Positions 9,381 through 20,202 of a DNA stretch of 37,877 nucleotides are shown here, in pieces. The stretch lies in the sequence record DRR723986_5313; one strand, given 5' to 3'. The notes beneath the pieces were generated by a model that saw only the letters and a program-made list of their open reading frames with translations, had not been told where the DNA came from and did not search any database. Each line of letters starts with the position of its first letter. Position 1 is the stretch's first letter. The position numbers and the translations under genes are program-made.

Positions 9381-10320
9381 TATCGAGGCGGCTTCCCAAC
9401 CTGTAGAGGGCAACCCTGATGTTTCAGCCGCAGGAGAAACCGTTGAGTACGGCGGCCTCCGCGCAAACTTAAACAGTGATGGTTGGTCATTCATGGGGCT
9501 TTGCCGCATTGTTGCTGTCATCATCGCCTCCGTTCCCATTGTCACAATTCAATATTGCATGGTGCGCCTTTCCAAGCGGCATTGGTGGCATTTCGCAGGT
9601 TTATGGCACAGAACAATGGCCCGCATCGTGGGTATGGATGTGCGTGTAACCGGGGTGCCAAGAAACGAAGGCGCAACCCTGTTTGCTGCAAACCATATTT
9701 CATGGATTGATATATTAATATTAGGTGGCCATATCCCGAATGCGAGCTTCATTGCCAAATCGGAGGTGGCCGGTTGGGGCTTTCTTGGCACGTTGTGCGG
9801 CTTGCATAAAACCGAATTTGTGAACCGGGCGCGGCGCACTGACAGCGCCCGCCAGCGTGATGCGCTTGCGGAACGGGTGAAAGAAGGCCATAGCCTTATT
9901 TTGTTTCCAGAAGGCACTAACACCAGCGGCGTGCATTTGGCCCCTTTTAAATCGGCGCTTTTTTCTGTGGCTGAGCGCGCTGCCGCCCACCGTGATGAGC
10001 CTTTGTATGTTCAACCGATCACGTTGGCCTACACCGAGGTGAACGGTATGCCGTTGGTGCGCAGTCAAAAGCCTTGGGTGGCGTGGCTGGGCGATGTTGA
10101 GTTGTTTGCCCATTTGCGCCAGTTGCTTACACGGGCAAAAATTCTGGTAACAGTTGAGTATCATCCACCAATTTCGTTGCAGGAGGCGGGTTGTCGCAAA
10201 GATTTGGCCCGTTACTGCGAAGCGCAGATTGCATCCGGGTTAGAGCGCGCACACCGTGCTGAAGAGCGTTTAGGTCCGCGCCGCAGCGCGCCGGATGAGG
10301 CTGTATCCCAGCACGCTTGA
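9364..10320 (+). CDS. Lysophospholipid/lyso-ornithine-lipid acyltransferase (PlsC/OlsA family)
   Basis: NHISWID (HxxxxD), FIAKSEV and LFPEGT. Start is uncertain (GTG 9328, TTG 9364 or ATG 9493). Confidence 0.85.
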   Translation: MTKKSNIEAASQPVEGNPDVSAAGETVEYGGLRANLNSDGWSFMGLCRIVAVIIASVPIVTIQYCMVRLSKRHWWHFAGLWHRTMARIVGMDVRVTGVPRNEGATLFAANHISWIDILILGGHIPNASFIAKSEVAGWGFLGTLCGLHKTEFVNRARRTDSARQRDALAERVKEGHSLILFPEGTNTSGVHLAPFKSALFSVAERAAAHRDEPLYVQPITLAYTEVNGMPLVRSQKPWVAWLGDVELFAHLRQLLTRAKILVTVEYHPPISLQEAGCRKDLARYCEAQIASGLERAHRAEERLGPRRSAPDEAVSQHA

Positions 10321-10457
10321 CTCCTGTAGGTTTGGTGGTAGTCTCCGGCACCTTTTTCGGCGGCTGTAATTGGCGCTGACCAAGGCACACAAACAACAGC
10401 GACACGCATAAAGATATTACGGGGACACCGATATCTGTCCCAACACAGGAGCGACCC

Positions 10458-11861
10458 TTGAGTAAGAAAGTTTTCATCAAAACCTACGGGTGCCAGATGA
10501 ATGTGTATGATAGCAAGCGCATGGCAGATGTGTTGAAGCCTGAGGGCTATCAAGTTGCTGAAACGTCAGATGATGCTGATCTTGTTATTCTCAATACATG
10601 CCATATTCGCGAAAAAGCGGCGGAAAAAGTTTACTCTGAAATTGGTCGCCTGAAAATTGCCAAGCAAGCCAAAGCTGAAGACGGCAAGAATATGTATATT
10701 GCGGTTGCGGGCTGTGTAGCGCAGGCTGAAGGCCCCGAAATGATGCGCCGGGCGCCAGCCATCGATATGGTGCTGGGCCCGCAAACTTACCACCGCTTAC
10801 CTGATATGTTGAAGTCTGCCGAAGAACAGCGCAGTGGTGGCCGCATGAGCGCTCGTGTGCTGGACACGGATTTCCCGGTTGAAAGCAAATTTGATCACTT
10901 TCCGGAAGAAAGTGATTATACAGGCCCGGCGGCGTTCCTGACCATTCAGGAAGGCTGCGATAAATTCTGTACCTTCTGTGTGGTGCCTTACACGCGGGGC
11001 GCTGAATATAGCCGGCCGGTTGCGGACATTGTTGCCGAAGCCAAACGCTTGGTTTCATCAGGTGTGGTTGAAATAACCTTACTGGGCCAAAATGTGAACG
11101 CTTACCACGGCGAGACTGCTTCGGGCGAAACCGCAAGCCTTGGCGCACTGATTGGTGAACTGGATAAGATTGAGGGCCTAGATCGCATTCGCTACACCAC
11201 ATCGCACCCACGCGACATGGATGATGAGTTGATTGAAGCACACCGCGACCTCTCCTCTTGTATGCCATATCTGCACTTGCCGGTACAAAGTGGGTCCAAC
11301 AGAATTTTGGACGCGATGAATCGCAAGCATACGCGTGAGCATTACTTCAGTATTATTGACAAATTGCGCGCCGCTAAACCTGATTTGGCGTTGTCATCCG
11401 ACTTTATCGTCGGGTTTCCGGGTGAAACGGATCAAGACTTTGAAGACACCATGGACCTTGTGCGCCGCGTGAAATTTGCCTCAGCTTACAGTTTTAAATA
11501 TAGCCCGCGCCCAGGTACACCAGCATCGGTTCTGGAAACGCAGGTGCCTGAAGATGTTAAATCCAAACGGTTGGCTGCCTTGCAAGCGCTGCTTAATGAG
11601 CATCAGCTTGAGTTCAACACCAACTCCATTGGTAAAGAAATGGATGTGCTTTTGGAGCGCCCCGGCAAACTTGCAGGCCAACTGCTTGGCCGCAGCCCTT
11701 ATTTGCAGGCTGTGCATGTTGATGTATCAAAAGCGCAAAACACGCTTGCCCCCGACTCGGATAATCCATACAGTGAATTTATGGGTAAATTGGTGCGGGT
11801 TCGAATATCGGAAGCGGGACCAAACAGCCTAAAGGGTGAACTGGTTAGCGCCCTGCATTGA
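10458..11861 (+). CDS. miaB: tRNA-i6A37 methylthiotransferase MiaB
   Basis: TYGCQMN, NTCHIRE, radical-SAM CDKFCTFC and a C-terminal TRAM domain. TTG start after AGGAG. Confidence 0.97.
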   Translation: MSKKVFIKTYGCQMNVYDSKRMADVLKPEGYQVAETSDDADLVILNTCHIREKAAEKVYSEIGRLKIAKQAKAEDGKNMYIAVAGCVAQAEGPEMMRRAPAIDMVLGPQTYHRLPDMLKSAEEQRSGGRMSARVLDTDFPVESKFDHFPEESDYTGPAAFLTIQEGCDKFCTFCVVPYTRGAEYSRPVADIVAEAKRLVSSGVVEITLLGQNVNAYHGETASGETASLGALIGELDKIEGLDRIRYTTSHPRDMDDELIEAHRDLSSCMPYLHLPVQSGSNRILDAMNRKHTREHYFSIIDKLRAAKPDLALSSDFIVGFPGETDQDFEDTMDLVRRVKFASAYSFKYSPRPGTPASVLETQVPEDVKSKRLAALQALLNEHQLEFNTNSIGKEMDVLLERPGKLAGQLLGRSPYLQAVHVDVSKAQNTLAPDSDNPYSEFMGKLVRVRISEAGPNSLKGELVSALH

Positions 11862-13013
11862 TTGGCGGGCGCGGACCCATCAAGGAGCCGCAAGCAAATT
11901 TCTACGTATGCCAAAGTCAGCTCTCGGAGCGACAAGTCTGCTACTGGAATAGGTGCCAACCATAGCACCCAACATTCCACCCATCAACGATCTGAAATTC
12001 GCAAAAAATTATTCGAATTTGAAGATAACCGTCTTGCGGCGATTGTTTACGGTCAGCATGACCGCAATCTGGCGCGCATTGAACAGCTTTTGGGGGTTGT
12101 TCTCATAAACCGGGGCAACCGTGTCGCTATTGAAGGCTCTGCCGAGCGAACGGAAATTGCCTTTCAGGTTTTGACCGACCTGAACACAATGGCCGGTCAA
12201 GGCCGTGAGATAGATACCGGCGAAGTTGACGGCGCCGTTCGTATGGCCGACGGCGCAACGGCAGCCAATGATGGTATTCAGGCACAGGGCGGCATATCGA
12301 CTGGCAGGAATACGGCAGCCAACACCGCACCTAAAATGCCACCGCGTGGCAGTGATTTGAAAATTACCACGCGGAATAGAGTGATTATGCCCCGTTCAAA
12401 AGGGCAGGCGGATTATATTTCAAAGCTAGCCACATCGGAAATGGTGTTTGGCGTTGGTCCGGCGGGTACAGGCAAAACTTATCTTGCAGTTGCCATGGCC
12501 GTGGCACGCATGCTTGCCGGAGAGATTGATAGGATAATTTTGTCGCGCCCGGCGGTTGAGGCAGGGGAAAACCTAGGCTTTTTGCCCGGTGACTTGAAAG
12601 ATAAGGTTGATCCTTACTTGCGGCCTTTATACGACGCGCTTTACGATATGATGCCAGCCGAACAAGTGGAAAAGCGCATTGCCAGCAACCAAATCGAGAT
12701 TGCGCCACTGGCTTACATGCGCGGGCGAACGCTGGCCAATGCCTTCGTTATTCTGGACGAAGCGCAAAATACTACGCCGATGCAAATGAAAATGTTCCTG
12801 ACCAGGTTTGGCGAAAACAGCCGAATGGCCATTTGCGGTGACCCAAGTCAGGTGGACTTGCCAAATCATGTAACGTCTGGCTTGAAGCATTCGCTGAATA
12901 AACTCAGGGACATTGATGGCATTGCTGTCACCCGTTTTGATGCCACAGATGTGGTACGTCATCCGCTTGTAGGCAGAATTGTTGATGCTTACGGCGATGA
13001 TGACGGGCGATAA
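11862..13013 (+). CDS. phoH: PhoH-family ATPase
   Basis: GPAGTGKT, RPAVEAGE, RGRTL and LDEAQN. True start may lie further downstream. Confidence 0.93.
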   Translation: MAGADPSRSRKQISTYAKVSSRSDKSATGIGANHSTQHSTHQRSEIRKKLFEFEDNRLAAIVYGQHDRNLARIEQLLGVVLINRGNRVAIEGSAERTEIAFQVLTDLNTMAGQGREIDTGEVDGAVRMADGATAANDGIQAQGGISTGRNTAANTAPKMPPRGSDLKITTRNRVIMPRSKGQADYISKLATSEMVFGVGPAGTGKTYLAVAMAVARMLAGEIDRIILSRPAVEAGENLGFLPGDLKDKVDPYLRPLYDALYDMMPAEQVEKRIASNQIEIAPLAYMRGRTLANAFVILDEAQNTTPMQMKMFLTRFGENSRMAICGDPSQVDLPNHVTSGLKHSLNKLRDIDGIAVTRFDATDVVRHPLVGRIVDAYGDDDGR

Positions 13014-13034
13014 TGGCGAGCATTAAGACGTGAA

Positions 13035-13652
13035 ATGACCGAGCCCTGCGCACAAGTTGATAGCGAGGATGTATCCTCTGATATGGCGCTAAACGCGGAG
13101 CCTGAGCCCGGGTTGCGTACTGAAGCTGTCTATCCTGGCCTTGAAATTGATCTGGATATTGTCGAGCCGTCTCTAGGCGGGGCTGACAAAATGCTGCCGT
13201 TGTTAACAACAATTGCAACTTTGGTATTTCGCCAGCAAAAGGTTAACGAAAGTGTGGTTGCCGAAGTGTTTGTGCGCATTGTTGGTAATACCGATAGCCA
13301 GACCTTAAACCATGATTTTCGTAACAAAAACTATCCAACCAATGTATTGTCTTTTCCCGGTATTGAGCCTGATGATATTGTGCCTGCGCTAGCGGCATCT
13401 GCTAAAAGTGGGCCCCCGGTAATGCTGGGGGATATCGTTATTGCAGCACCAGTTGTTGCGGCGGAAGCTGCTCAGCAGGGCAAGGGCTTAAGGCAACATT
13501 TTTGCCATCTAGTAGTGCACGGCCTTTTACATTTGTTGGGTTATGACCATATAGAGGACAACCAAGCAGAAACAATGGAAGCGATTGAGATTGTGATTTT
13601 GTCTGAACTGGGCATAGAAAACCCCTATTTCATGGAGCAGGGGCATGGCTGA
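13035..13652 (+). CDS. ybeY: rRNA maturation endoribonuclease YbeY
   Basis: TNVLSFP and HGLLHLLGYDH. Confidence 0.95.
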   Translation: MTEPCAQVDSEDVSSDMALNAEPEPGLRTEAVYPGLEIDLDIVEPSLGGADKMLPLLTTIATLVFRQQKVNESVVAEVFVRIVGNTDSQTLNHDFRNKNYPTNVLSFPGIEPDDIVPALAASAKSGPPVMLGDIVIAAPVVAAEAAQQGKGLRQHFCHLVVHGLLHLLGYDHIEDNQAETMEAIEIVILSELGIENPYFMEQGHG

Positions 13653-14682
13653 TAAGCCTGAGGAAACACAAGCGGTACCAGTTGACAGTGCGCCGCGTGC
13701 ATCGGGCGGCTTTTTGCGGTCTTTGAGGGCTTTTTTCGGTGCCAAGACCAATGAAGTATCGCTCAGGGAAAGCCTAGAAGAAGCCATTGATGAGCACGAG
13801 GAGGGCAGCAACACTGTCAGCCTCGGCGACAAAGAACGTGAAATGCTCTTCAATGTTCTTGAGTACGGCGAGCTGCGCATTGATGATGTAATGGTGCCAC
13901 GCGGTGACATTGTCGCTGTGCCAAGCGATATATCTTTCCCCGACCTGGTGAAAATTTTTGCTGAGGCTGCTCATTCGCGTATGCCGGTTTTCGGGGAAAC
14001 CCTCGATGATGTTGTTGGCATGGTGCATGTGAAGGACACGCTCAAGCTCATTCTTGATGATCGCAACCCAGACAATTTCAAAATTACCTCCATTCAGCGG
14101 CCTGTACTTTATGTGCCGGCCTCCATGCGAGTTATCGATTTGCTCGCAAAAATGCGTGCTTCGCGAACGCATATGGCTGTGGTGGTTGATGAATACGGTG
14201 GCACCGACGGCTTAGTAACCGTCGAAGATATGGTGGAAGAAATTGTCGGCGAGATTGAAGACGAACATGACACCGTTGACGAGCCTGACCTCGTGCCGTT
14301 AAACGGCGGTGGTTTTGACGCCGACGCTCGTGTTGACATTGAAGAAGTAGAAGAAACGCTGGGGGTTGATTTAACCTTGGATGAGCGATCTGAAGATGTG
14401 GATACTCTCGGCGGATTGGTTTTTCTGCTGGTTGATCATGTGCCGGATATTGGAGAAGTTGTGGTTCACGAGTCTGGCTACCGCTTTGAAATACTTGACG
14501 CGGACCCTCGACGGATCAGGAAAGTGCGTATTCACCTTCCCGCTAGAACGAAGGCCGTTCCAACGAAGAAAGCGCCTGAAAGCGCACCCGATACTGCAGT
14601 AGAAAGTTCATCGGGCAGCAAAACTGCCTCTGATGCCGTTGGTGATAAGGATACCCAACCGGATCGCAGCGAAGTATCGTGA
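13645..14682 (+). CDS. corC: CBS-pair/CorC-HlyC family protein (Mg/Co efflux associated)
   Basis: VMVPRGDI, HSRMPV, VVDEYGGTDGLVTVED and a C-terminal CorC_HlyC domain. Confidence 0.9.
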   Translation: MADKPEETQAVPVDSAPRASGGFLRSLRAFFGAKTNEVSLRESLEEAIDEHEEGSNTVSLGDKEREMLFNVLEYGELRIDDVMVPRGDIVAVPSDISFPDLVKIFAEAAHSRMPVFGETLDDVVGMVHVKDTLKLILDDRNPDNFKITSIQRPVLYVPASMRVIDLLAKMRASRTHMAVVVDEYGGTDGLVTVEDMVEEIVGEIEDEHDTVDEPDLVPLNGGGFDADARVDIEEVEETLGVDLTLDERSEDVDTLGGLVFLLVDHVPDIGEVVVHESGYRFEILDADPRRIRKVRIHLPARTKAVPTKKAPESAPDTAVESSSGSKTASDAVGDKDTQPDRSEVS

Positions 14683-16337
14683 CCGAAACACAAAACATCA
14701 ACCCCCAAAAGGCTATGGGGCCGGATGCGCGTGGCATGATCAAGCCTGTTGCTGCCCTTGCGGCATGGATGAAAGCAAAGCCGGGGTGGCGTTTTCCCTT
14801 CATTGCTTTTTTAGCCGGGGCACTTTTAACCGCAACTTTCTCGCCGCTTAGCTTTTTCCCCGCCGCATTTATTGCATTTCCTTTGATGATACTGCTGATT
14901 GATTTGGCTAAATCTCGGCAGCAGGCGTTCTTTTTTGGCTGGTGGGCTGGCTTTGGTCTGTTTTCCATTGGCCTTACATGGATTGGGTATTCTTTCACAC
15001 AGCAAGACAATGTGCCGGTGGTGCTGGCGCCTTTCGCCATTCTAATTTTGGCGGGGCTGATGGCGCTTTATATCGCTGCAGTATTTTGGGTTAGTTGGCG
15101 CTTGTGGGTTAAGAGGCCGCTGCGTGTACTGCTGTTTGCGGCGATCTGGATGTTGTTTGAATTTGCGCGCGGAATTTTGTTCACCGGTTTTCCCTGGCAT
15201 TTGGCCGGTACCATGTGGGCAGACTGGCTGCCGGTGGCGCAGTTAGCATCGGTTGTTAGCATATACGGCTTATCGGCGCTGACTGTTTTGGGCTTTGCGA
15301 CAGTTTCACTGTTTTTATACAAACGCCCATCGCGGATGTCTTTTGTAGCGGCCACATCCATTGCAGCTGTTTTTATGGGCGCGGCGCTTTGGGGCCAAAT
15401 GCGCTTACACAACAATGAAACCGAATATGATTTGGCCGTTAGTTTGCGGCTGGTGCAGGCCAATGTGAAACAGCGCGATAAATGGCGCTCCTATTTAATC
15501 GATGATCATTTTGACAAGCATATGAAACTGTCGCGCGGCACCAGCGAACGAGGCCGGGCAGAGGGCGTTAAGCTGTTGATCTGGCCAGAAACTGCAGTGC
15601 AGCGCGAGAGCTTTGACCGCGAAGCTTCGCTGCTCAGGTGGCGCATGTCCCGCATGCTTGAGTTCGGCTCCTATGCCATAACGGGTGCGCCGCGTTATGC
15701 CCGCACAAGCGAAGGTGCCAGCTATTACAACAGCATGTTTGCCTTTAATTCGCGGGGCCAGCTTTATGCTCGCTATGACAAAAAACATTTGGTGCCATTT
15801 GGTGAATATCTGCCCTTTCGGGGCTTACTGAAAACACTGGGACTTGGCCAATTGGCTGGAAATGTTGCTTTCACCGCAGGCGACGGTGTTAAAACAATTC
15901 GGTTACCGGGCGTGCCGCCTTTTTCGCCTTTGATATGTTACGAGGTTATTTTCCCCGGCCGCGTCGTCTCCGAACAGGATAGGCCTGAATGGCTTTTAAA
16001 CATTACCAATGATGGCTGGTTTGGCCTGACCAATGGCCCATATCAGCACCTTGGGCTTGCGCGCTTCCGTGCCATTGAAGAGGGCTTGCCGCTTGTGCGC
16101 TCTGCCAGCACGGGGGTTAGTGCAGTTATCGATAGTTACGGTCGCACGGTTTCCAGTTTGGCGGTTGATAAAACCGGTGTTTTGGATAGCCCCTTGCCCT
16201 TGCCGATTGAAGCGCCCACCTATTCTACCGGCTTTAAAATGCTGATAACGTTGTTTCTTACACTGGCGGTGGCCACCGCATTTTTGGTGGCTACTGTTGT
16301 TAAGGCCCGCCGTGCAGCAGGCGACAGCATAAAATAA
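14679..16337 (+). CDS. lnt: Apolipoprotein N-acyltransferase
   Basis: Multiple TM segments, TGFPW, and the nitrilase triad WPE / YDKKHLVPFGE / ICYE. Confidence 0.95.
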   Translation: MTETQNINPQKAMGPDARGMIKPVAALAAWMKAKPGWRFPFIAFLAGALLTATFSPLSFFPAAFIAFPLMILLIDLAKSRQQAFFFGWWAGFGLFSIGLTWIGYSFTQQDNVPVVLAPFAILILAGLMALYIAAVFWVSWRLWVKRPLRVLLFAAIWMLFEFARGILFTGFPWHLAGTMWADWLPVAQLASVVSIYGLSALTVLGFATVSLFLYKRPSRMSFVAATSIAAVFMGAALWGQMRLHNNETEYDLAVSLRLVQANVKQRDKWRSYLIDDHFDKHMKLSRGTSERGRAEGVKLLIWPETAVQRESFDREASLLRWRMSRMLEFGSYAITGAPRYARTSEGASYYNSMFAFNSRGQLYARYDKKHLVPFGEYLPFRGLLKTLGLGQLAGNVAFTAGDGVKTIRLPGVPPFSPLICYEVIFPGRVVSEQDRPEWLLNITNDGWFGLTNGPYQHLGLARFRAIEEGLPLVRSASTGVSAVIDSYGRTVSSLAVDKTGVLDSPLPLPIEAPTYSTGFKMLITLFLTLAVATAFLVATVVKARRAAGDSIK

Positions 16338-16376
16338 AGTCTTTTCTGATCGCCGATGCTGCGATATAGCCGCGCT

Positions 16377-17135
16377 ATGACACAAAACCCTGAAGATACA
16401 TCAAACACTAAAAACGCTGAGCGCCTTCATCAGGAAGCACCAGAGCTGCGCTTTTTTGGCCGCCGTAAAGGCCCCAGTTTGTCTGGTCGTAAGCAAAGCC
16501 TGATCGATGACCTTTTGCCAACCATTTCCGTGCCGGTTGAAGATGGCCCGGAACCCGGTCAAGCCCCGCTTGACCTCGACGCGCTTTTTAAAGGCAAGGC
16601 TAAAAAATACTGGTTGGAGATTGGTTTCGGTAAAGGCGAGCATTTGGCATGGCAAGCCCAGCAAAACCCGGATGTTGGTTTGATTGGCTGTGAGCCATAC
16701 TTAAACGGTGTTGCCGGTTTGCTTTCCTACATTGACGATGAATCGATTGAAAATATACGCATACACGGTGATGATGCCCGCCAAGTGCTGAAGGCGCTGC
16801 CGGATGCGTCTCTGGAGCGGGTGTTTCTCATTCACCCCGACCCGTGGCCAAAACGGCGGCATGCCCGGCGGCGGTTTATGAACCCGCCGAACCTGGACCA
16901 AATCAGCCGTGTACTGATGGATGAAGGCGAGTTCCGAGTCGGCACCGACCACCCCATATACCGGGAATGGACCGCTTTGCAGATGTCGTTGCGCGATGAC
17001 TTCCTTTGGCAGGCGAAAGGGCCGGACGACTGGCAAACCCGCCCGAAAGACTGGCCTGAAACCCGCTATGAAGCCAAAGCCCTTGAAGGCAAAGCAACTT
17101 ATTTTATCTACAAACGGGCTTCTCGCTCTGCGTAA
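16377..17135 (+). CDS. trmB: tRNA (guanine-N7)-methyltransferase
   Basis: LEIGFGKGE, PDPWPKRRH and TRYEAK. Start ATG 16377; ATG 16356 is the alternative. Confidence 0.95.
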   Translation: MTQNPEDTSNTKNAERLHQEAPELRFFGRRKGPSLSGRKQSLIDDLLPTISVPVEDGPEPGQAPLDLDALFKGKAKKYWLEIGFGKGEHLAWQAQQNPDVGLIGCEPYLNGVAGLLSYIDDESIENIRIHGDDARQVLKALPDASLERVFLIHPDPWPKRRHARRRFMNPPNLDQISRVLMDEGEFRVGTDHPIYREWTALQMSLRDDFLWQAKGPDDWQTRPKDWPETRYEAKALEGKATYFIYKRASRSA

Positions 17136-17191
17136 ATTCGGCTTCTGCCCATATGCAACGACAAAATCTGCAGAAAACCGCTGATTCTGGC

Positions 17192-17220
17192 TTGCCCCCG
17201 CGAGGACTTGTCGTTATATA
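17192..17220 (+). promoter_or_regulatory. Putative sigma70 promoter of the rimP-nusA-infB operon
   Basis: TTGCCC, 17 bp spacer, TATATA. Confidence 0.55.
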
Positions 17221-17254
17221 AAAGCCACTTCTCCTAAATTGATGGTACAGTTTA

Positions 17255-17274
17255 GGGTGGGCGCAAGCCCGCTC
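17255..17274 (+). promoter_or_regulatory. rimP-leader-type hairpin
   Basis: GGGTGGGC-GCAA-GCCCGCTC forms an 8-bp stem (2 G-U pairs) with a GNRA loop in the rimP 5' UTR. It resembles the GGGC...GCCC rimP leader motif. Confidence 0.55.
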
Positions 17275-17344
17275 AGCCATACCTCATACCTTATATGTCG
17301 CCGCGTATTAGCGAACTTAGGAAAGAGAGAAACAGGAAAGGATA

Positions 17345-17860
17345 GTGAACGTGACAGAAGCGTCGGTTCAGATACAGGAACTGATAGAACCTACAGTCGA
17401 AGGGCTGGGGTTTGAGCTTGTGCGTGTAACATATGGCGGTGGGCGCAAGCCTACACTGCAAATCATGGCTGAGCGCCCTGACGGTACCATGGGTGTTGAA
17501 GACTGCGCCATTCTGTCTCGTGAAGTGTCACTTATCCTGGATGTGGAAGACCCGCTGCCTGGTGAATTTTTGCTGGAAGTAAGCTCGCCGGGAATTGACC
17601 GGCCCTTAACGCGTGCGAAAGATTTTGAGCGCTGGGTTGGCTTCGAGACCAAAGTTGAGCTGGGTAATCAGATAGAAGGTCGTCGTCGCTTTAAGGGGCG
17701 CATGACCTCCTTCAATGGGTCTGAAGTTGTTATTGATACAGACGAAGGCGAAGTGGTTTTGCCGTTTGGTGAAATTTCGAAAGCAAAGCTAATTCTAACG
17801 GATGAGCTATTAGATGCGGTGCAAAAGCAAGCGCCAACTGAAACCGCTGACACTGAATAA
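17345..17860 (+). CDS. rimP: Ribosome maturation factor RimP
   Basis: LEVSSPGIDRPL and GRRRFKG; lies upstream of nusA. Confidence 0.96.
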   Translation: MNVTEASVQIQELIEPTVEGLGFELVRVTYGGGRKPTLQIMAERPDGTMGVEDCAILSREVSLILDVEDPLPGEFLLEVSSPGIDRPLTRAKDFERWVGFETKVELGNQIEGRRRFKGRMTSFNGSEVVIDTDEGEVVLPFGEISKAKLILTDELLDAVQKQAPTETADTE

Positions 17861-17943
17861 ACAGTATTAGCGCAAGCCCGTAAGGGCGATGAAAACTAGA
17901 TGCTGTCGGGGGCGATGCCCTCCCAAGCGATGGAGTATAAGTG

Positions 17944-19566
17944 ATGGCAACAGCTGTCAGTGCAAATAGACTAGAACTTCTGCAAATTGCAGAACTGGTT
18001 GCGCGTGAAAAAGTTATCGACAAAGAAATCGTGCTTGAGGCGATGGAAGATGCCATCCAAAAAGCGGCACGGTCCCGGTATGGTGCGGAAAATGAAATTC
18101 GCGCCCAGATCGATAAAAACACCGGCGACATTCGTCTGTTCCGGGTGCTTGAGGTTGTTGAAAACGTTGAAGAGCCCGCGGTGCAAATTAGCCGTGAAGA
18201 TGCTCGCAACGACAAGCCTGATGCTGAAATTGGTGACTATCTGGCATCAAGCCTGCCTCCGATGGACTTTGGCCGCATTGCTGCCCAAACCGCCAAGCAG
18301 GTTATTGTTCAAAAAGTGCGCGATGCAGAGCGTCAGCGCCAGTATGAAGAGTTTAAAGACCGCGTTGGTGAAATCATCACGGGTGTCGTCAAGCGCGTTG
18401 AATACGGCAACGTGATCGTTGACCTTGGCAATGCTGAAGCCATTATGCGCCGTGACCAGGTTATCCCGCGTGAGCATGTGCGCCAGAATGAGCGCATGCG
18501 TGGTTTTATTTATGAGGTGCGCCGCGAAAACCGCGGGCCACAAATTTTCATGACCCGTACCAAGCCCGAATTTATGGGGGCTTTGTTCGCTCAGGAAGTG
18601 CCGGAAATTTATGACGGCATTATTGAAATTCGCTCCGTTGCCCGTGATCCGGGTAGCCGCGCTAAAATTGCGGTGATCTCTAACGACGGATCCATTGACC
18701 CGGTGGGCGCATGCGTTGGTATGCGCGGTGCGCGGGTGCAAGCTGTCGTAAACGAGCTGCAGGGCGAGAAAATCGACATTATTCCTTGGTCACCGGACGT
18801 TGCATCTTTCATTGTAAACGCATTGCAGCCTGCTGAAGTTGCCAAAGTGGTGATGGACGAAGAGCGTTCGCGTGTTGAAGTGGTTGTGCCGGATGACCAG
18901 TTGTCGCTGGCTATTGGCCGCCGCGGTCAGAATGTGCGCCTTGCAAGCCAGCTTACCGGCTGGACCATCGACATTATGACCGAGGCTGAGGAAAGCGAAC
19001 GCCGCCAGGAAGAATTCATGGCGCAAAGTGCGCGCTTTATGGAAGCGTTGGATGTGGACGATACGCTTGCACACTTGCTTGTGGCTGAAGGCTTCACGGA
19101 AGTTGAAGAAGTTGCCTATGTGGAATTGCCGGAACTGTTGGCGGTAGAAGGTTTTGATGAAGACCTTGCGTCTGAGTTGCAGCGCCGGGCCAATGATTTC
19201 CTTGAAGCTGCCGCGCGTGCCGCCGACGAGAAGCGCATTGAAATGGGCGTGGAAGATTCGCTTGCGGATGTTGAAGGCTTAACACCGCAAATGCTGGTTG
19301 CGCTTGGTGAAGAGCAAGTGAAAACACTGGAAGACTTTGCGGGCTGTGCCGCAGACGAGCTTACCAGCAAAGAAGACGGCATTTTGAAAGCTTTCCCTTT
19401 GACCGAACTTGAGGCCAGCGCGATGATTATGACATCACGTGTTGTGCTTGGCTGGATTACAGCGGAAGACGCGTTCGGTAGCGAAGAAGAAAGCGCGGAA
19501 GACGGCGAAGAAGCGACGGAAACAGAAGCTGTTGACGGCGAAAGCGAGGCAGTGGCTGAGGAATAA
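17944..19566 (+). CDS. nusA: Transcription termination/antitermination factor NusA
   Basis: FGRIAAQTAKQ, S1 and KH domains (ARDPGSRAK, AIGRRGQN) and an acidic C-terminus. Confidence 0.98.
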   Translation: MATAVSANRLELLQIAELVAREKVIDKEIVLEAMEDAIQKAARSRYGAENEIRAQIDKNTGDIRLFRVLEVVENVEEPAVQISREDARNDKPDAEIGDYLASSLPPMDFGRIAAQTAKQVIVQKVRDAERQRQYEEFKDRVGEIITGVVKRVEYGNVIVDLGNAEAIMRRDQVIPREHVRQNERMRGFIYEVRRENRGPQIFMTRTKPEFMGALFAQEVPEIYDGIIEIRSVARDPGSRAKIAVISNDGSIDPVGACVGMRGARVQAVVNELQGEKIDIIPWSPDVASFIVNALQPAEVAKVVMDEERSRVEVVVPDDQLSLAIGRRGQNVRLASQLTGWTIDIMTEAEESERRQEEFMAQSARFMEALDVDDTLAHLLVAEGFTEVEEVAYVELPELLAVEGFDEDLASELQRRANDFLEAAARAADEKRIEMGVEDSLADVEGLTPQMLVALGEEQVKTLEDFAGCAADELTSKEDGILKAFPLTELEASAMIMTSRVVLGWITAEDAFGSEEESAEDGEEATETEAVDGESEAVAEE

Positions 19567-19575
19567 GGTCGAGGT

Positions 19576-20202
19576 ATGGGCGGCAAAAGGCCGATCAAGG
19601 AGATCACGGTGCCTGAAAGACGCTGCATACTAACTTTCGAGACCATGCCAACAGAAATGTTGGTGCGTCTTGTGGTCGACCCGGACGGACAATTGGTACC
19701 TGATGTTGCGGCAAAGTTGCCGGGTCGGGGTATCTGGATCAAGGCTGATGGGCCTTTGGTTCGAAGCGAGATAAAAAGGGGCGGCTTGATAAAAGCCGCC
19801 AGCCGGTCTTTGAAAGTATCGCTAAAAAAAGACGCGATACCTTCGGATTTGGTGGACGTGACGACATCGTTGTTGACGAAACGTTGCCTTGATAGGTTGG
19901 GTTTGGAACAACGAGCGGGAAACCTGGTAACGGGTTTCGACAAGATAACGGCAGCGCTTGCCAAAAAGGGCTCTTCGGAACCTGCTTTGGTTTTTGCTGC
20001 CAGCGACGGAGCCGAAGATGGGCGCCGGAAAATGAGGGCAATCGTTGGTGCAGCAGTGCCAGTAGTAGACCTTTTTGACCGGGAGCAACTGTCACATGCT
20101 CTTGGGCGCGATAATGCGGTGCATGTATTACTGACTAAAAGCGGTGGTACAGATAAATTAAAGGCCGATATTGGCCGGCTTGTGGGTTTGTCTGCGACAT
20201 AG
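19576..20202 (+). CDS. YlxR/DUF448 RNA-binding protein with an L7Ae-like C-terminal domain
   Basis: ERRCILT and KLPGRGIW; lies between nusA and infB. Confidence 0.88.
   Translation: MGGKRPIKEITVPERRCILTFETMPTEMLVRLVVDPDGQLVPDVAAKLPGRGIWIKADGPLVRSEIKRGGLIKAASRSLKVSLKKDAIPSDLVDVTTSLLTKRCLDRLGLEQRAGNLVTGFDKITAALAKKGSSEPALVFAASDGAEDGRRKMRAIVGAAVPVVDLFDREQLSHALGRDNAVHVLLTKSGGTDKLKADIGRLVGLSAT

Noticed and set aside
19480-19566. GACGGCGAA repeats at the nusA 3' end, and Ala/Glu/Lys repeats in the infB N-terminus
   Set aside because: They are explained by normal low-complexity protein regions and do not form an array.
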